The translations under genes and the position numbers were made by a program. The notes below the pieces were generated by a model. It searched no databases and was not told where the DNA came from. It saw nothing but the letters and a program-made list of their open reading frames with translations. From Callorhinchus milii (taxonomy: Eukaryota), in assembly GCF_018977255.1 (NCBI RefSeq), contig NW_024704742.1, forward strand, positions 29,700,001 to 29,764,000: a DNA stretch of 64,000 bases, given 5' to 3'. Positions 62,451 through 64,000 of this stretch are shown here, in pieces. Numbering within the stretch: position 1 is the stretch's first letter; each line of letters starts with the position of its first letter.

Positions 62451-64000
62451 TACAGACCGTCTCAGGGAAAAGTCGTGGATTGTGACTTTCAATCAGTTGT
62501 ACATTTGCAAAATTCGGGCAGGCAATAATACAGCGTTGTTTCTCCCACAGCTGCTGTAACAGACTCCAGATATCTGAGTTACAGCAGATTCTGGGGGTGG
62601 AGCTCCAGCAATCTGAGGCTGCAGCGGCAGCCACAGTCACAGTTGCATTGATCTTTAGGATAATTGGGCTGTGGCGTCTCTGCAACACTGGGAACAAGTT
62701 GCGGCCTCAAACACTCGAGTCTAAATCAATTCTCAAAAGGGGAGAAAGAATAGGTTTTCTTGCAGGCAGTGGGCTGACCATCAACATGCTCAGGTACCTC
62801 TCCTTGGCCAGACAGAGAGACAAACAGAGAAACAGAGCAAGAAAGACAGACAGACAGACAGACAGGCAAGCCTGTATTTCAAGAAACTAAATTTCAGTCA
62901 ACATTTTATAAATTCAAATATAAGAACACAGCCTGAGCTTGGCATCAGGGGAGCTTTTAACACAGGCACTTATGTGACGAAAGAGAGAGAGACAGACTCC
63001 AGGTTAAAGTTAAACCAGAGTAATTCATTAAACAAACGCGTATCTGGCTGTTATCGAAGAGTAGACAAAACAAAGCTGCACTTTCAAAACACTTGTGAAC
63101 TCAGTGATTCTTCCTTGCTGCAGCAATTCAAACCCACAATAAATATATATTTTCAGTCGGTGAGAGTGTTCTTTCTTTATGGCCTAAGTATGAGGTTCAC
63201 TGGCACTCAGAGGCACTCTTTCAGTTCATCACAATTCCCTTAATCCCTCAGTAGAGCTCTCCATATACTTGCAGTGCACGACTTAGTAAGTCCCACTCTG
63301 TCCTTAATGCTCTTTATTTGTCACTCTGCCCATTTTGTTCTCTTACAAGAGGGCAGCCCTTGCTCCATTAGTTCACTCTCCCAAATTAGTCGCTGCTCAT
63401 TAATCTACTGCTTTGAGAACTTTTGATGAATCCGTACTTATCAAGGTGAAGTAGCTTATTCCTGGTAAGTGAAACACTTTCCCCATTTCAGGCATGCATT
63501 GTCAATAACAAGCACTCCAACCAGGCAACTGCTCACACCAAATGGAGGGCAAAGTTCCCTCTCCTGCTGCACATCGACACACCTCGGCTCCACCCCCAGG
63601 AAGGCGCCCCTACTTTCCCGGCAAGACAGTTTCCGTTTCCAACACCGGCAGAGCTCTGCGCTCCTTTGAACGAGATTGACGATTACAGTATAAGAATATG
63701 AGAGTTGATTTTAGGTCACTTTTGTGCTGTAATAATAATTCTTGCATATGATATAGTGCCTTATCATGTCTTCGAGATGTCTCAAAACGTTTCACAGAAT
63801 ATACTAGAAAGTGAATTGACTGTATATTTTGTGGGTGAAATTTTAGTGCTGTAGGCCATTTGGAAATTGTGTGCTCAAACTCCTTTCACATCCGATCCTT
63901 GTAGAGAGAAGGTTCATCCCAATAAACCTGGGTCCCAAGTGTGAAAGGCACTCACGAGCAGGGTAATGGTTAAGCCGGGTCAGATTGATCAGATCTTTTA

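Larger units (their letters stand above)
4617..64000 (-). other. MAML3: Part of the very long MAML3 intron 1 (exon 1, encoding the CSL/Notch-binding helix, lies beyond the window)
   Basis: Acceptor AG at 4617-4618 with a polypyrimidine tract. No ORF resembling the MAML N-terminal helix in the track. MAML2/3 first introns are known to be very long. Confidence 0.8.

Noticed and set aside
4617..64000. CSL/RBPJ autoregulatory site cluster (GTGGGAA/TTCCCAC)
   Set aside because: Only scattered single matches (about 13593, 37162, 39050, 59418), no paired site, and no more than expected by chance in 60 kb.
1..64000. CRISPR array or prokaryotic system
   Set aside because: The recurring gcgctatatcaaatgcaagg-type motifs are irregularly dispersed SINE/L2 tails in a vertebrate intron, not regularly spaced repeats.

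Overview
Vertebrate genomic DNA. The repeat content (CR1 and L2 LINEs, Deu-type/SacSINE1-like SINEs) points to a cartilaginous fish, possibly a chimaera; the species is inference. The only supportable protein-coding feature is the large internal exon (exon 2 equivalent) of the Notch co-activator MAML3 on the minus strand, 3099-4616 (1518 nt, phase 0/0, AG...GT boundaries). Bases 4617-64000 are the upstream part of its very long intron 1 and 1-3098 is intron 2. The introns are dense with CR1 and L2 3' fragments, at least three tRNA-derived SINE families (most sharing an L2-type tail) and microsatellites. Structure these do not explain: (i) a 205-bp, about 98% identical inverted repeat with arms 9.2 kb apart (17951-18155 / 27347-27551); (ii) two degenerate, oppositely oriented copies of the 28S rRNA peptidyl-transferase region, one fused to a SINE head and one to a SINE tail (36.3-36.8 kb), suggesting an rRNA-containing SINE; (iii) several ancient-looking nested palindromes and a dispersed GGGAAAATCCC palindromic motif; (iv) a templated-insertion scar at an L2-into-CR1 junction; (v) inverted SINEs flanking a stop-free, frame-symmetric exon 2 (circRNA candidate). 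The other ORFs in the track are repeat-derived or random. Repeat family names and rRNA matches rest on recalled consensus sequences, not database searches.
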